Assembly: GCA_041488255.1 (NCBI GenBank)
Contig: JBGPOV010000008.1
Coordinates: 2,485-66,484 of the forward strand
Length of the DNA stretch: 64,000 nt
DNA from: Gammaproteobacteria bacterium
GTDB taxonomy: Bacteria; Pseudomonadota; Gammaproteobacteria; Burkholderiales; SHXO01
Direction: 5' to 3'
In this document: piece after piece, positions 61,858 to 64,000 of the stretch
How positions within the stretch are numbered: the stretch's first letter is position 1
How the letters are laid out: each line of letters begins with the position of its first letter
Notes under the pieces: model-generated
Databases searched by the model: none
What the model was told of the DNA's origin: nothing
What the model saw: the letters and a program-made list of their open reading frames with translations, nothing else
Translations under genes and position numbers: made by a program

Positions 61858-62146
61858 TGTTGAATCTCCTCCTGAGAATTGGTTTGATTGCGTGAACGGG
61901 CGTTCAGCTCCGATCCCCACGTCGGCTCTTGCGCGAGGCCACTGATGCGTTCTCCTCCATGCGCCCGGACACAGGTTACAACATTTGCACCAATGTTTCA
62001 TCTCGTGACATCACTGTAATCCAGCGGCGCTTCACCGCGTATCCTCCGGCCCGTGGAGAACCGGGGAGGCTATGCGAAGCAAGACCCGCCTCTGTCTGTC
62101 GTAACCGAAGGGGCGTTAGAATTCCAACGCCTACGAAGGACTGCCG

Positions 62147-63433
62147 ATGAGCCATACCGATTCTCAGCCAACGCCAATCGCAGAGCACCTGAAGCGGCTC
62201 ATGCTGCTGCGCAACGTCCTCGCCTGCGCCCTCGTTGCGACTGTGGGCGCAGCCGCGTCGCTCCTCAGTGTGGATCTGCGCTGGGGTGCAATGGCAGGCG
62301 TTTTGCTGCTGCTCCCCACTGCAAATCTGCTCGCGCACCTTCGACTTCGGCACGCAGCCGAAATACGCGACGGCGAGTTGTTCGCGCACCTGCTTATCGA
62401 CGTTGCAGTGTTGTCCGCCTTGCTGTACCTGAGCGCAGGGTCCACGAATCCGTTCGTGTCGCTCTATCTGCTGCCCCTGGTCATCGCCGCGACTACCTTG
62501 CCGCCACCTTACGCGTGGGGCATGGCCGCCGTAACGGCAAGCTGCTATGGCCTGCTCTTTTTCTTCAACTTACCACTCGCCGGCATGCATTCCGGCCACG
62601 ATGAAGGCGGTTTCCACCTGCATCTGGTCGGGATGTGGGTCAACTTCGTGCTGAGCGCCGGGTTCATCGCGTTCTTCGTGGCGCGCATGGCACAGGCGAT
62701 TCGCAGCCGCGACGCCGAACTGGCCCGGCAGGAAGAGAACGCGCTGCGCAACGAACGCATCGTCGCGCTCGGCACGCTGGCCGCCGGCGCTGCGCACGAG
62801 CTCGGCACCCCGCTGTCCACCATGGCGGTAATCCTGGGCGAGATGACGCGGGACCACGCCGACGAGCCTGAGCTGGCGCGCGACCTGACCACCCTGCGAC
62901 AGCAGGTCGACGCCTGCAAGCAGACCGTCACGCGCATGGTTGCCGCCGCTGGCCAGGCGCGTGCGGAGGGCGGCGGAGCGCTGGCGGTCGACGAGTTCGT
63001 GCGTGAGACGCTGGAGCGCTGGCGGCTGCTGCGACCCTCGGTGACCCTGGCCGAGCGGCTCAGCGGCCCGGCACCGGCCCCGAGCATCCTCACCGAGCAA
63101 ACTCTGCGGCAGGCCATCGTGAGCCTGCTCGACAATGCGGCGGACGCCTCGCCGCATAGCGTCGAGCTCGACTGCAGCTGGGGCGGCGATCGGCTGCGAC
63201 TGGAGATCCGCGACCGCGGGCCCGGGCTGAGCGGCGAGGCCGAGAGGCGGGCGGGCGACGGGTTCTTCAGCACCAAGCCGCAAGGCGAGGGTAACGGCAT
63301 CGGCTTACTGCTGGCCAGGGCCACGCTGGAACGGCTGGGCGGGCAGCTGCGTCTGGAACGGCGCGGCGGCGGCGGCGTTTGCGCGCTACTGGAGCTACCG
63401 TTGGGCGGACTGGCGGCGGGAGAACGCGTGTGA
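62147..63433 (+). CDS. regB: RegB/PrrB/ActS-type redox-responsive sensor histidine kinase
   Basis: Six TM segments with a GSTNPF motif in a TM loop, H-box AAGAAHELGTPLST and a C-terminal HATPase domain (DRGPGL, GNGIGLLLA). Confidence 0.78.
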   Translation: MSHTDSQPTPIAEHLKRLMLLRNVLACALVATVGAAASLLSVDLRWGAMAGVLLLLPTANLLAHLRLRHAAEIRDGELFAHLLIDVAVLSALLYLSAGSTNPFVSLYLLPLVIAATTLPPPYAWGMAAVTASCYGLLFFFNLPLAGMHSGHDEGGFHLHLVGMWVNFVLSAGFIAFFVARMAQAIRSRDAELARQEENALRNERIVALGTLAAGAAHELGTPLSTMAVILGEMTRDHADEPELARDLTTLRQQVDACKQTVTRMVAAAGQARAEGGGALAVDEFVRETLERWRLLRPSVTLAERLSGPAPAPSILTEQTLRQAIVSLLDNAADASPHSVELDCSWGGDRLRLEIRDRGPGLSGEAERRAGDGFFSTKPQGEGNGIGLLLARATLERLGGQLRLERRGGGGVCALLELPLGGLAAGERV

Positions 63434-63972
63434 GCGCCGCCCCGCCGCGCGCACTGCTGTTGGTGGACGACGATCCCGCCTTCTGCGACGTCATGCGGCG
63501 CGCGCTCAGCCGGCGCGGCTTCAACGTCACGCTGGCGCACGGCGTGAACGAGGCCCTGACGTGCGCGCGCTCCGCGCCCCCTGCCTATGCAGTAATCGAT
63601 CTCAAGATGCCGGGCGACTCCGGGCTGACCCTCATCCCCCATCTCAAAACGCTCTCGGGCCGGGTGCAGATCGTGGTGCTGACCGGCTACGCTAGCGTCG
63701 CCACCGCGGTGGAGGCGATCAAGCTCGGCGCGACCTACTATCTGGCGAAGCCGGTGGACGCCGACGAGGTGGTGGCCGCGTTCGGACGCGGTGGCGGTAA
63801 CCCCAACGCAGCAGTCACCGTGCGGCCCCTGTCGGTGGAGCGCCTGGAGTGGGAGCACATCCAGCGCGTTCTCCAGCAACACGACGGCAACATCTCCGCC
63901 ACGGCCCGCAGCCTCAACATGCATCGGCGCACGCTTCAGCGCAAGCTAGCGAAACGCCCGGTGCGCGGCTAG
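63430..63972 (+). CDS. regA: RegA/PrrA/ActR-type response regulator
   Basis: GTG overlapping the kinase stop (GTGTGA). Receiver domain (LLLVDDD, DLKMPGDSG) and a near-invariant Fis-type HTH, NISATARSLNMHRRTLQRKL. Confidence 0.85.
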   Translation: MSAAPPRALLLVDDDPAFCDVMRRALSRRGFNVTLAHGVNEALTCARSAPPAYAVIDLKMPGDSGLTLIPHLKTLSGRVQIVVLTGYASVATAVEAIKLGATYYLAKPVDADEVVAAFGRGGGNPNAAVTVRPLSVERLEWEHIQRVLQQHDGNISATARSLNMHRRTLQRKLAKRPVRG

Positions 63973-64000
63973 CCCACCCATCCGGTTCCGAGCTGCCCGA

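Overview
High-GC (~65%) proteobacterial chromosome segment. Gene order looks beta-proteobacterial with some Pseudomonas-like blocks, but taxon is not determinable here. The window is densely packed with core housekeeping genes: uppP, glnA-ntrBC, xthA, prlC, pyrC'-pyrB-pyrR-ruvX-yqgE, an ECF sigma module, lptGF, pepA-holC-valS, a porin, a split trp cluster (rpe-gph-trpE / trpGDC), apaG, mltA, dsbC, a ubiH-family gene, miaB-phoH-ybeY-corC-lnt, glyQS, algZ/algR-like genes beside argH, a LivHMGF-type ABC importer, two SMP-30-like genes and regBA-like genes. I found no CRISPR array, rRNA, intact transposase, integrase or recognisable defence system. The non-core signals worth a second look are listed here.

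1. A ~4.6 kb lower-GC island sits at the 3' end of a tRNA(CAU) gene. It is bounded by an exact 20-bp direct repeat of the tRNA 3' end and carries only decayed cargo: an IS3 transposase remnant, a frameshifted TPR/GT41 gene, a 5'-truncated HNH gene and orphan ORFs.
2. Two short Trp-rich candidate leader ORFs with a shared WR(Y)WR motif lie upstream of trpE and trpGDC.
3. A 509-aa methyltransferase gene is wedged between trpE and trpG.
4. An in-frame TAG interrupts phoH.
5. A ~23-bp long-range inverted repeat fills the whole rpe-gph spacer.
6. In the liv operon the conserved N-termini of two genes extend upstream of any canonical start codon.

Everything is inferred from reading the sequence and ORF track. 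No database search was run, so family names are recognition-based.
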